Part shown: piece by piece, positions 11,801 to 24,194 of the stretch | How the letters are laid out: the number at the start of each line of letters is the position of its first letter | Numbering within the stretch: position 1 is the stretch's first letter | NCBI GenBank assembly: GCA_012295275.1 | Contig: CM022670.1 | Location: 35,836,001 to 35,900,000, forward strand | Source of the DNA: Chrysomallon squamiferum | Taxonomy: Eukaryota > Animalia > Mollusca | Length of the DNA stretch: 64,000 nucleotides | Direction of reading: 5' to 3' | Notes under the pieces: generated by a model | The model's input: the letters and a program-made list of their open reading frames with translations, nothing else | Database searches by the model: none | Told to the model about the DNA's origin: nothing | Position numbers and translations under genes: made by a program

Positions 11801-14800
11801 TGGAATGTGTTTTAAAATATCAAATAATGATTTTAAATAGATATTTTGGCAGCACAAGTTGAATTTTTTATTCTTATGTTTTTGTTTTAATTTAACCTTT
11901 ATGCAGCTGGTATATATCTTCTAACCTGGTGGGCCTTGAATAAGAGAAAAGCTTTTAGTCAGTGCTTTTTCTATGGACTCTTGCTGTTTCTTGTTGTTTT
12001 TAGGGAGTGGTACATCAGTATTACCAACTACATCATTCTCAATCTTTTTCACAATATCTAGTCGATATTTTGCTGAAGAAAAGAAATTAAAAGCAATTCT
12101 CTAATGATAGCAAAAGTAATAATACCAATAATAAGCAACAAAAATGACTATGCACTTTACATTAATTTATAAACATAAAATCATATTATAAATAAGTATT
12201 AATTCATACACTTAAATAATTGAAATTTAAAGCCAAAAATATTAATTTTTATAATGCAGTTTAATTAGAAATACTTACATATATTAGGTAACTCTCGCTT
12301 CAGAGCAATGGCTATGGCTAGTTGGGTCTTTTCTGGATCACTCCCAAAATTCTCAATAGTTAGTTGGGTGCGTCTGAAATATATATGTTTTATATGAGAA
12401 TATTTATGCTGTTATAATGGTTATAATTCTTATACAAAAATTAGACTTGCTTCTGAATTTATAATAAAATATATCAATATAGTTCATAAAAATCTACAAA
12501 TATAATTTACCTAAGTAATAATTGCTTTTTACTGAATGAGTATGTTCTAATTCTAAATGTATACTTTTTTTTCTAGAATGAAAATATCTTATGGCAGACA
12601 TATACCTATCCATCTCCAGCTTGCTTATAATCTCAACAGTTGCAGTAATTTTATTTTTCAACTTTACAGGTGGTTTGGTACAGTTGTCATTCAAAACAAA
12701 TGTTACTATCACATGGTCTGTGTTATTCTCAGACATTGTTCTTTGTCTTTTCCCACATAGTTTTCTCCTAGCTCTGATAACACGACCATGAGCTATCCAA
12801 GTCATACCATTTTTCACATCTTTGCAGCCACTGCTTGATGAGCCTGGAACAAAACATCTGATGCACAAATAATCATTGCATCCATATCCTTTGATATGCA
12901 AAGTCTGTAATGTTTCTTCTTTTTTGATTTTTTCTAGACATTCAACAGGCATTCCTTCAAACTCAATATTCCTTTCATCACAGAATTTTATTGGAAGCTG
13001 AAAGGTTCCAATGTAACTGCTGGTGCCTGAAACAGATATCTTTTTCAGTGTTAAATTAACATTGTTAATAATTGGTTTTGTTTCATTGGAAACAGCAGAT
13101 AATGCTGCTTCCATTTCCAACAAAGGTAACCATGCTTCTTTGTATTCTTCAACAGAAGAAAATGTCTTACTTATAGAACTTGTGGCATATTTGCTTAAAA
13201 TGCCTATTGGATCATCCATATGTTTAAGACAGAAACTCAAATTTTTCGTGATATGGACCAGTTCCACTTGTGGTAACAAAAAGCCATTCTTAGGTGATGT
13301 ACCTAGCTGGATTTTGACAATCTGACCCTGTTTGAAGCTTAGACTAAACATGCATTGTTGATTCTTAATGATTCCTTGTCCTGCTTCAGAAGTCACTTCA
13401 TCAACCTCTCTAAAATGAAAAATATGTTCTCCACTAGAAGAAAGTGTATTAGCTATTATAGGAATTAATGTCCATTCTTTTTGAAATATTCTTTTCAGTA
13501 GATTTGCCCAGTTGTTGTAACGAATGAAAACTGTATGTTGATTTGGATTTACAATACTCAATTCTGATGCATCATTAGTCTTCTGAATTTGTTTGGTATT
13601 GTATATACGTTTTTTCCATTTGCAGATGATAATGTCTTTGTCAGTGTCATTTACAGTATTATTTTTTATTTCTGGCTTTTTATTTAAGTCAAGCAAACAG
13701 AATTTGATTTCTTTACATTTTGGTGGCACAGAAGGAAACCCTGGTAGAGACAATCCAAGTCCAGTTTCTGAAACTTCATCAACAATGCCATAAAAAATTG
13801 CTGGTGCTTTACCAATTGTTTCTGCCTTTTTTAACATTGTGCAAGACCTACCAAATTCTTTTTGTCGTGATGTTGCTTCATTCACCTCCTCACATAGTTC
13901 TGTTATGTCATCAGTAGTATATGGACAGTCCATATATGGACAGTCCATATCAGATAATAATGCATGAACTATCCGATGAGTTACAAGATCCACATACCTT
14001 CGGATAGGAGATGTGAAATGAATGTATGGCTGAATTTCAAGAGAAAAATGTCCTGCCTCTTCTTTGTTTTGTGTTACACCAGAACACCTATATTCAGCTT
14101 TGTCAAGAAGTCTTATCCAGTGAATCCATGCTAGGTTCTGCAGAGGATGGATTTCATCGGTACAGATCATTTTCAGTGCCAACTTAAAACTATTGTTAAA
14201 TCTCCTAGCTTTTAAATATTCCAGAATTAATTCCCAAATATCACTCTGAACAGGTATGAAATCAACTTTTTCCTTGGCATATTTTGTTATGCTCTCTGGT
14301 GCTGAAATTTTGTTGTCCCCAAGCTTTTTACCTTGGAGATGAACCAAAAGATCAACAATTTTATTTTCATGTTTCATCCAGTTTTGTACCTCTTCTGTTG
14401 CTGGGGGTGTCTGACATCGCAATGGCAAACACTTAGGAAATCTTTTTGTCAAAATTTTTGCAACAGTCGTATTTGTATAAATCATAAACTCTTCAACCAA
14501 TGCATGAGCTTCAGGACAATCACTATGGTCTTCCACGTCAAGAAAACTAGGATCAGAAAAAGGCACAGTAAACCTTGCATCTTTCAGTCTTCGTTTCCGA
14601 ATGTTTTGTGCAAGATCATGTAGAATCAATATGGCTTCTCTTAGTTGTTGATGTTCAGGACTGCTCTCTCCATTTTCAATTATTTTTTGTACTTCTTCAT
14701 AAGAAAATTGCCTGAATGATTTAATGATGGTTTTTTTCACAGTAGGTTCTTTTATAATTTTGCCCTCTTGATCCAACAAAAAGAACGTTGACACAGCAGG

Positions 14801-17800
14801 ACGTATTTCTCCTGGCACAAGACTGCATATGTCTTGACTGAGAGGTTCTGGCAGCATGTTTCGAGTGCGCCTGTCCTGAATGTAAAAACTTACAGCTCTT
14901 CTTCTTGCTTCTTTATCAATGGCATCGTCTTTTTTGACAACTGAGGCAACGTCAGCTATGTGAACACCCACAATGTAATTATTTCCATTTCTGACAACAC
15001 TAAGAGCATCGTCAAGATCCTTGGAATGTGGAGGATCAATGGTGAACACAAGATCTTTTGTTCTGTCTTCTCTTCCATTAACATCAACAGTGTTTTCTGT
15101 TCTCTGCATTTGTGTAATAACATCTTCTGGAAATAAGGATGGAACTTTATATTGCATTTCTAAAATCCTCAGACCACTGTTGAAATCTTTACCACACTGT
15201 AAGACATCCAGCACTGCACCAAGAGGATAGACATATTTGTTGCTCCAGCCAACATATACAACAATAAACACATACTGATCCCTTAAAACTGGATTGATTC
15301 TGAATTCTCTTTTGAATTTAAGTTTTGATCCAACCACTTCATATATATCAACCATATATTTAGCTCTATTTGGATTTGTTTTGATCATCTTATTCATAAC
15401 ATGTATTTTAGGAATGCTTTGGCACAGAGGTCTCAACAGCCAACCTTCTGTTTCATTGCTGGTACATGCAAGAACAGGATGTTGATTTTTCTTTAAAAAT
15501 TGGCTGTTCAGAACTCCAACAACTTTACCATATGCCACAGACACTGTTTTAGATGTATTTTCATTATCTGCCTTTTCCTTTGGGTCAAACAGAATTTCCA
15601 CAACAACTTCATCATTATTGAAACACTGGCCACATTTTGATCTGCCAGCAATTTCAATTTCATTTTGAGCACCAGCTGAATCTAGAATCTTGCAGAAAGC
15701 ACTTTGTGCAGATTCAATGCGTATCTTGCATTTTTTATATTTTTGGGATTCTTTTTGGAGAAGATGGTAAAGATTATCTTTTGAACGAAAGTCCTTATAA
15801 AATTGTTTATGTTTTTTATAACGTGAATTCCACAGATTAGCAACATGTTTTTCATCTAACTGTATTTCTGATCCATACAAATAATCAGATTTATTGTCAT
15901 TACTTCTTTTTAAAAGGACATCTTCACTTTGTTCAAACCATGTTTGATCACAGGTTTCATTTTCTGTTTGACTTTCCATATTATCCATTTCATAATCTAA
16001 TTCTTGATCTTCTTCATTTGATAAATCCTCTTTCTCGCTGCAGGTACTGGTTTCATCATCAGATGAAAAGAAATCTGAAACTTTGGAGTTACATAATCTG
16101 CAAGGGTCTTGGTCAGTATTTGGTTGTTCCTTTAGATTTAGTGGAGACTGAGCAACATTTGATGAAAATCCAGATGCATTACTTGAATTAGAAGTCTGTC
16201 TAGTCCTTTTGAATGAAGCTTTATGGTTTAAATTGTTCTCTTTGCCACTGCAACTAGAATTTGTTCTTTTTTTTTTACCTGCAGATGAAAAAATATCATT
16301 AGTGTGGAAAACAAGTTATATGTATTGCACAAGATTTCATTCTTATTTATTTATTTATTTATATTGTACAATAATTTAATTCTCTTAACCTGATGTGTTT
16401 TTTGAGGGAATTATGTTCATTTTTCTTAAGATCATAAAACATAATTATTATACCAAAATTATTGTTTGCTCTGTAGCTCCAAGTCAAAATTGATAAAAGT
16501 ATTAAAACTTAATTATTTATATCATTTTCATCAAGAATTGTATGTAAAGATTTACTTTTCATTCCTGCCAGTTGTTTATCAAATGGTGTTTTATTTTTTG
16601 TTTCTCTTCAGTATAGAACATCTTTACAGAGCAGACCATTGAAAACAAGCAGCACTTTTCCTTTTTTATATTATACAAGAAAAGTATATTGATGCCTAAT
16701 AATGGTTATTATTAATTTATTATCTGGCTATCTTTTACATTTCTTTTATCATAATGTTGCAGACATGTTTGAATTTGCTTCCATTGAAACAGTTTTGTAG
16801 TTACAGTTACTAATTTTAAAACTATTTAGGTATTTTTGATATGTTATTATGAACATCTCTCCACAGTTTCTCAGTTTAAGTAGAAGGGAGCTAAGCAAAA
16901 TATTTTGTTATGATCAGTTGTGTTTTTAATATTAAACAATCCAAAAATCAATTATCAGAAAATAATACATTTGATTCAAGTACATTTTTTTTTACTTCTA
17001 AATTGAAATAATAAACTGAAGTTTTCTCTCTTTTTTCATAATTTCATTATGTATACAGATAAATAAAATAATAGTGGCAATACGTAAGTATTTACAAAAT
17101 GTTGTTCGTTCATAGCATAATATATACACTTCAGTCAGTATATGAATGAAACAATTATTTGTGCAGTTTTTGGACATGTATACATCCTCTCTTGTGTATT
17201 TAATATACCTCTACGTCGTGACCTTTTCTTCTTGGAGGTATGACAGTCCTGAACAGCTTTAGCCTGTGCTTGTTTCTCCTAAAATAAAAATATATTTTTT
17301 GTCTTAATGATATAAAAGAAATTGCCAAACCCAGAATAAAAAAAATATAAAATCACCATTTAGTGCAGCAAATCTCAATTTTTTTAGATATTGTTAACAA
17401 TATGGTCTTATTTAATACATTATTTTTCAGAACAAAAACAAAATCTTTTATACCAAAGAGCAGTATTTTAGAATTATTTATTTTCTTGGCCTTTTACAAT
17501 TGAAAAAAAAAAAAAACATACTTTGGTGGGATTTTATATAATTATATATATTTATCACATGAAGATATTAATAAAATATATAAAATGCAATAACAAAAAA
17601 AGAATGAATTATTTAAAAATTAATTAGTGCTTTTGTCAATAATTCCAGCTTTTCCTGCTTTTCAATCTAGTAACTGTGCCTATACAAAAGGGATTAGGGA
17701 AAACAATTTTAACAAGTTCAATGACATATATTTGTTTGCCCAGATATGTCATAATGTCAATACCTTAATAGTGTAAGCATTTGTTCCTGACAGCCAGGAC

Positions 17801-20800
17801 TGATCCACTTGTGATTTTGTACACACATTTTCTTCCATTTTGTGAAAGATTGTTTCCAGGAATTGTTTAATTTTATGCTTTTCATCAACATTCTGAAAAA
17901 AAAAAAAAAAAAAAAAAAAGGTTTAAATATGCATTAAATTTGTATAACAATTTTACATATGTAATGAGCAAACTTTCAGCAAAATATTTATTTATAAATT
18001 GTTTGCTGAAAAAGCAAAAAGGCACATAAAGACACATATACACCAAACTAAGTATAAACTGCTTATCAGAAATATTCTGATACTTACTTTGGACATCTTT
18101 AGTGCTAATTCTGCTTTCTCCTTTGCAGCAGAAATATTTCCTTTTAATTCAAGAATCTGGGCCCAAATCATGAATGATTCACTATTCTCATAATTATACA
18201 GTGTTTCTGCAGCTTAAAAAAATGTAAATAAATAAATAAATAAATAAATAAATTTCTTTTGTTCATTCATTCATTCGTCTACTTAAAGGTTTAAAACTTT
18301 TAATTATTATTATTTTGTTTGCTTCTTTGTTAGATGATGAAATGTTCTGATATTACAAGGTTCAATATTTAGTGTAGTATTTTAAGTTATTTTTCACAAC
18401 AGGCAAGAAATTTAATTTAAATCAACTGACTTAGCTTCATAATTGTATTTCTAATATGCCAAACAAATACTAGCTTACCATATTTGCAGTATTTTATAGC
18501 CAAATCAAATGCTTTCTAAAATAAAAAATAAACAAATAATACTAAATATCATGTGATGTCAAATGACATCGCAAAATAACAATCAATTTTTTATTAGCCT
18601 TCTTTCAAATAAATTATAATTATTTTTTTCTTTTCTGTCAGATAGCCTATAATATTAATGTCTTTATTTGGTGCTTTATTGTATTAATTTACATATATTT
18701 CAAAAGTATAGAAATAATTTCTCCAAGAGGGAGTGATTATATATTTGAGACAATTTTACAGTTCTTATCATCATCTGAATAGATAAATACATATTCTAGC
18801 TTAAATATACTAATACATCTGACAAGGCAATATAACAAAGTGTTTAGATCATTTGAAAATTAACTTTTGATTGTTTAGTCTTCAGTCCAGTGTCCACAGA
18901 TACTTTAGAACTTACTCCATTTGATGCACTTGTTGCTTGTAGCAGACATAACTTTCCTAAAAAGGTTGGGTTATTTACTTCTCTTGAGTTGAACCTCTGA
19001 CATACTTGGTATACATCTGAGGACAAGATGTAGCAAAATGCAGGCTTTATTTTCTCACTGCCTCTTGCCATTGCTTCTAAGGTTTGAATCAACTCTATTT
19101 TGTTGCCCTTTAGGTGTAAAAAAAAAGTATTCTTTATACAGACGATACATCAGTTGGAGAATACGTAATTCAGTGATTTCATTTTAAAGTGATGATAGTC
19201 AAATCAAAAGGACTGTTGTGTAAGGCAGATATGTATGAAACAGAACCAACAGTAGATCCTCTTGAGGACAAATACCTAAATAATCAAGTATTAGTCATTA
19301 ACACTTAACTATACCTTGTTTCTGGGTTGTTATGGGTTTTTTGGTTTATTTTCTTCTTCTTTCTCTTTAATTTTATCATGATCATCATCACAGTGTACTT
19401 TTTAACTTTTCATAGTATGTTCTATTATTTTAGAGAAAATTCAAAATTATGTCACTGAATAATATGGGATATATATATATACACAGGTTAAGTGGGGTTT
19501 TTTTTTTTTTTTTTTTCTTTGTTGTAATTGTTAGGAGATAGCAGTTAATAAACTGAAATGGAAAATTTTTCTTTTTAAAAGAAAAAGAAAAAGCAATATA
19601 TAATTACCATGTGTGTCCACTGATTGTCTGCAAAAATACTAAATAATAATTTCTGAATAGCTAGCTGAGATGAAAATTCTGTCTTTGCAACCATTTTGTC
19701 ATTTTCCAAAACAAACTCTGCTGATCCTTCAGTTACAGACATGGCTGAATACAAGCATAGATAATATCAGTGGAATACATTTATTGTTGTCTTCTTTTAA
19801 TAGAATTTTTTTAAAAGCCTTTTAATAAAATGATTTTATCAGTTTTATTATTTTATTTTATTTTATTTTTTTTTTTTATTTTTTTTTTTTTTTTTTGTGG
19901 GGAGGTTGGGTTTTTTTTAAAAATAAAACAAAAACATATATATGCTGGTATGTATAACAGAAATTAAAAATAAATAAATAATTAATGAAAAGAAAAATTA
20001 TTAATATTTTTTATACAAATTATTCTGAAGTTTATTTTATTAATTATTATTATTGTTATTACTTTTTCTCTTTTCTTTTTAACATAAACCAGAATTATCG
20101 CAGATATAAAATGTTTTAAAGAAAAAAGAAAAAAAAAAAGACGTCTTTGGAATATGACTGTAGTTTATTCAAATTTTCATTGGAGTTCTACATTAATTGT
20201 AGCTTAACAACATCTCTAAAGTTACAAACGTTGTACATACCTTTGTACATTAAAAGAACAGCTGAGAATGCATATTCGCTTTTCTGAAGATAAAAAAATA
20301 ATTGAAAACTCCACCTTTTTTACTAATTAAATAATCAGATTAAGCACGTATCATATGAAAGTTTTAATCAGAGAACAAAAGTAAATAGATCTCAGAAGAA
20401 TTATAATGTTCGTCCCCATATTCTGAAGAACGAAAAATCAAACATCAATAATTTGAGAGAATGTATTGTAATATATCACATCTTAAAGAAAAAACAAATA
20501 ATTAACTTATTACAGAGTGAGGATATTAATTTAGAGTTTTATCCCAAGAGTTGTAAAGTAATTACAACGATAATTTATTTTAATGTTTTCTCCTATTTAC
20601 AAAGAAAATGAAACTAACGAGTAAAAACCGTAAATTCTATAAAAAAATCAAACTGATTAGAGAGAAGAAGAAAAATTATGCATACCTTTAATACAATTAT
20701 TTTAATGTACAGTTTATCAGTCAGTCGAAATCTTACCTCACCGTGTAAACTGGTGACTGTCTTTGATACGTATTGTAAGAAACGTAATTCAATATCACGT

Positions 20801-21079
20801 GAGAAATGTCCACAGCTATGAAGGTAATCGGCGGCAGTCTGACCAAATTCATCATTGACACGCTCATCAAAGTTTCCACTTCGTATTTTTTCAGCAGCAC
20901 AATCAACATTATTAATTATGGGTTCCATTATTGTGTTTATCGAGCTCTGCGGTGGAATAAAACGATAAATCGTATCTTTCTCTCAGCAAGTTTTAAACAA
21001 ATGAATAAGTAGTTTATATTTATTCTTACTGTTACGATTTTTTTTTCTTGATTGTTTTTTTAATTATTTTGTTTTCACT

Positions 21080-21129
<50 letters not shown>

Positions 21130-22077
21130 TAATGTTTCTAACGTTTGTAAAAGTATTTCCCAGTAATACATTTTCGAAAAGAGTGCATTAGACTGAGATA
21201 AACAAATAAAAGTGAAAGAAGCATTATAGTTCTGGAATTAATAATAAATAAAGTAAATAAATAAATGAACACACCTCTGTGACATTAGCCATTATGCCTT
21301 GCAAATTAGTCCTGAAATATATTAAAGCAACTAACAATATAATTTTTATATAATTTTTTTTCTTGTTACAACTTATCGGATAAATAACTCATTCATTTCA
21401 TCATCATCAATATTATTATTATTATTATTAATTTAAATAGATCTCCTGGTTTCTCACAACGGAGCAAAGGTAATATTTTACGACATTTTTTTTTTTTTTT
21501 TTAATCAATTATATGTAATGCAAAGCAATGTTCTCTATAATGATGGCTATTTTAGATACAGGTGTTCGTGTATTCTCAATACTATTGCATAATGAATGAT
21601 CAGCATTTAAATAGTCAATAAAATGAAAAATTGCAGAATTATTTGTTTTGACAACAACACCAGAATATGCCTCGTCAACGGTTTCAAAAGAATGCTGTTA
21701 CACTCTACTTGACAATACACACACAGTCGATAAAATATCATTCCACTGCACTTATGTTGATATAACAGTTTTAAACGTTAGACTTTATGACTAATAATCC
21801 ACTAGTTGAACACAGTGCATTTAACTTGTTTGCATCCCAAAAGAAAAAACACATTCTTAATATGATCACGTTCGCAAATGGATACACTTTCCTATACGAT
21901 TCACGATTAGAAACACACTTCACTGTACAATTCACTATTGTTTTTTTCACTACTAAGGAAGAGTAGATGCTACTTAAAGCGTTACTCTTAGCACAGCTAG
22001 GTTGTTTTGATCTATACGACAAGAAATAATTGTTAAGTTCTCTAGTTTAAATCTAATTTAAATATTTACTTCCTCAT
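7604..22077 (-). CDS. HELZ2: HELZ2-like protein: helical/TPR-like N-terminus + RNase II (RNB) 3'-5' exoribonuclease + single UPF1-like SF1 RNA helicase; 18 coding exons, ~2083 aa
   Basis: Exons 5'->3': 22070-22077, 21275-21311, 20737-20946, 20241-20283, 19608-19744, 18479-18515, 18088-18212, 17764-17892, 17209-17278, 12606-16278, 12279-12373, 11926-12072, 11476-11613, 10535-11235, 9933-10145, 8919-9132, 8225-8392, 7604-7710. All are GT-AG with compatible phases; total 6252 nt, ending ...DQFPAM*. RNB motifs: FTIDPPHSKDLDDALS, VGVHIADV, HALVEEFMI, YIHFTSPIRRYVDLVTHR. Helicase motifs: LIQGPPGTGKT, FCGPSNKSVD, IIDEAAM, LIGDHKQLRP, QYRMHP, SSQGGEWD, NQINVALTRAR. The first exon is the least certain (alternative ATG at 21292). 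Confidence 0.88.
12606..16278 (-). CDS. Giant 3673-bp exon of the HELZ2-like gene (Ser/acidic linker, cold-shock/OB region, whole RNB domain and downstream segment)
   Basis: Overlaps ORF 12494..15988. The frame stays open upstream to acceptor catctgcag| at 16279-80; donor AG|gtatat at 12604-05. Confidence 0.92.
13919..13950. repeat. In-frame 15-bp perfect tandem duplication in coding exon (MDCPY x2)
   Basis: ATATGGACAGTCCAT twice; protein reads SDMDCPYMDCPYTT. Confidence 0.9.
21082..21129. repeat. (ATT)n microsatellite
   Basis: Direct reading. Confidence 0.9.
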
Positions 22078-22182
22078 TGTGTAACTATGTGTTAACCGTC
22101 ACTTTGTTTCGTCCTAAAGGACTTTGGCACTATGCCAGAAAACAAAACTAAATCACAAATCAAAAATTCAATGCGAAATAAC

Positions 22183-22321
22183 TTCTGGGAATTCAGATTA
22201 AGATGGGCGATTACTTCACCTAGCCTCCTGTGCGCATTTATCTGCGCATGTACCTGCGCGTTTACCTTGTATACAGCGCAGTTGTCAGGACAGTAGATTT
22301 GTAAATAGTGAAACCGAAAGT
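22183..22321. promoter_or_regulatory. Putative HELZ2-like promoter with GAS, triple 12-bp TGCGC repeat and consensus ISRE/IRF-E
   Basis: TTCTGGGAA (22183-22191, TTCN3GAA); TGCGCATTTATC/TGCGCATGTACC/TGCGCGTTTACC (22231-22266); AGTGAAACCGAAAGT (22307-22321, GAAANNGAAA). All lie 105-245 bp upstream of the inferred ATG at 22077. Confidence 0.6.
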
Positions 22322-23613
22322 AGCCAGTATTGCTTTCAGTATATATATATTTTTTTTTTTTTATCTTTCCCCTTCTTCATTTCTGTCAGATCGGAGGGCA
22401 GAAAGCCTGTAATACATATAAAGATGTCAAACTCATACATCAATTCTTACATTATTAAACACTATTTTGTGGTCATATTTTTAATGATTATTAACGTTTT
22501 TATCCCCTTGTGAAATTACAGTTATATAAATATATAATTTTCATATTTAAAAATATGTATTCATATTGTTAATATTCATTGTGACGGGACAATCTTCCGC
22601 TTGTAAATGTCACTTGTATCTGACTGTTGATTGATGTGACAGATTACAATATTTCTAGTCATCCATATTAACCTTTACTACCACTCTGAATGTGTAACGC
22701 TAGTGCGAATATAGTTTTTAAACTTGTCTTGTGTTTGTCGTGTTCTAGTGTGTAAAAACGTGATACGGTATTTACAATATATTGCATACATAGATCCCAT
22801 ATATGATACCCCTAGAGCAAGCCAACAGATATATATATATTTACAATTAAGGACATCCCTGTGATATACACAATTTATGAAACGGCTTTTAGGAAATAAA
22901 GTGAGACTGAAATTGTGAAAGGAGGGGTGTTTATGGTTTAAGTCCTCCGTGAGATTTATTTATTTATTTAGTTAGTGAGTTTGTTGGGGATTTTTGCTAT
23001 TATTATTATTATTTTTGTTGTTGGTAGTGTAACTGTAAATTTCAGGACCATTATGAGCCTATTTGCACTGGATATAAGGATTATGTTGTATACACTATAT
23101 CAGTAATTCGGTCAAATAAAGCTAGGTGTAACCAATATGTCGATTTTGCTAAAATTAGATATTTTTGAGATCATTCATAAATTTACTGATAATAATAATA
23201 CTGTACAATTTGCAACTTTAATATTGTGTATATAGGTGCTATATACATAAACATAAGAAAGTTAAAATTAATTGCAAGACAATTGACAAAGTTTGGCTGA
23301 CAAACGTCTCGGACGCCATATTAGAACAGAAACTGGGTATAAGCTAGAGACTAATAGTACTTCCAGTTTCTGTATACAATATATATCTGTGTATCAATTT
23401 ATCTATCTGTCTAATTATTTTATACTGATATTAGTTGTTCTATTTAATTTTGTCTCCAAATGGAAAAACAATTTGATATAACTATGTATCTTTTTTTTCT
23501 TTATTATAAATAATTATTTAAAAAATTTAACAAGCTGAATTATTATTAAATAATATTATTTATTTAAATTAATATTTGACAGATCTCATTGTGTAACTCT
23601 TTTTCGTGTGACA

Positions 23614-23654
<41 letters not shown>
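23614..23654. repeat. (AAT)n microsatellite
   Basis: Direct reading. Confidence 0.9.
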
Positions 23655-23657
<3 letters not shown>

Positions 23658-24194
23658 CATAAGTATTTTAAAAATGAGGTAAGACTGTATTACTTAACGA
23701 AGACGATCGTAAAAACAGTTATATAGCCTATATATTGAAAGTAGTTTCCTTGATTGTTGAACGTTTCTTAATATTTTATGAAAAATAAAAATGAATAATT
23801 ACAATAAACAAATTATCTATTTAATTTATTTATTACCACTACTATTTATTTATTTTTTTTTTTTTTTTTTTCATAGTTTATTTATTTCTTGGATTTGTCA
23901 GTTATATTAGTAGAATGGCTAAATTTTAAAAAATTTCATCCTCGAAAGCATTACGAAAACATCGGGAAAGTCAGGATATGGTTAAAATTCAAAACAAACA
24001 AACAACAATATAATTACTCAACGGATATATTCATATTAACTAACAGAAAGTTGGCTGCAAGTGTCCCTAGAGTTTTCTTTTAATCAGGTAGGCTTTGAAA
24101 TTATGAAATTTGTAGCCATTCATATATTTAGTTGTTTATACGTGATCGTTTTTATGTAATTGTCTATCTTGTTACTAATTCAAACATTTTAAAA

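Noticed and set aside
12494-15988. 1164-aa ORF as a stand-alone DIS3L2/RNase R or a horizontally acquired bacterial gene
   Set aside because: It has splice sites at both ends and joins in frame to UPF1-like helicase exons, which is the HELZ2 arrangement.
10652-16191. Many short plus-strand ORFs
   Set aside because: Antisense shadows of the HELZ2-like coding exons.
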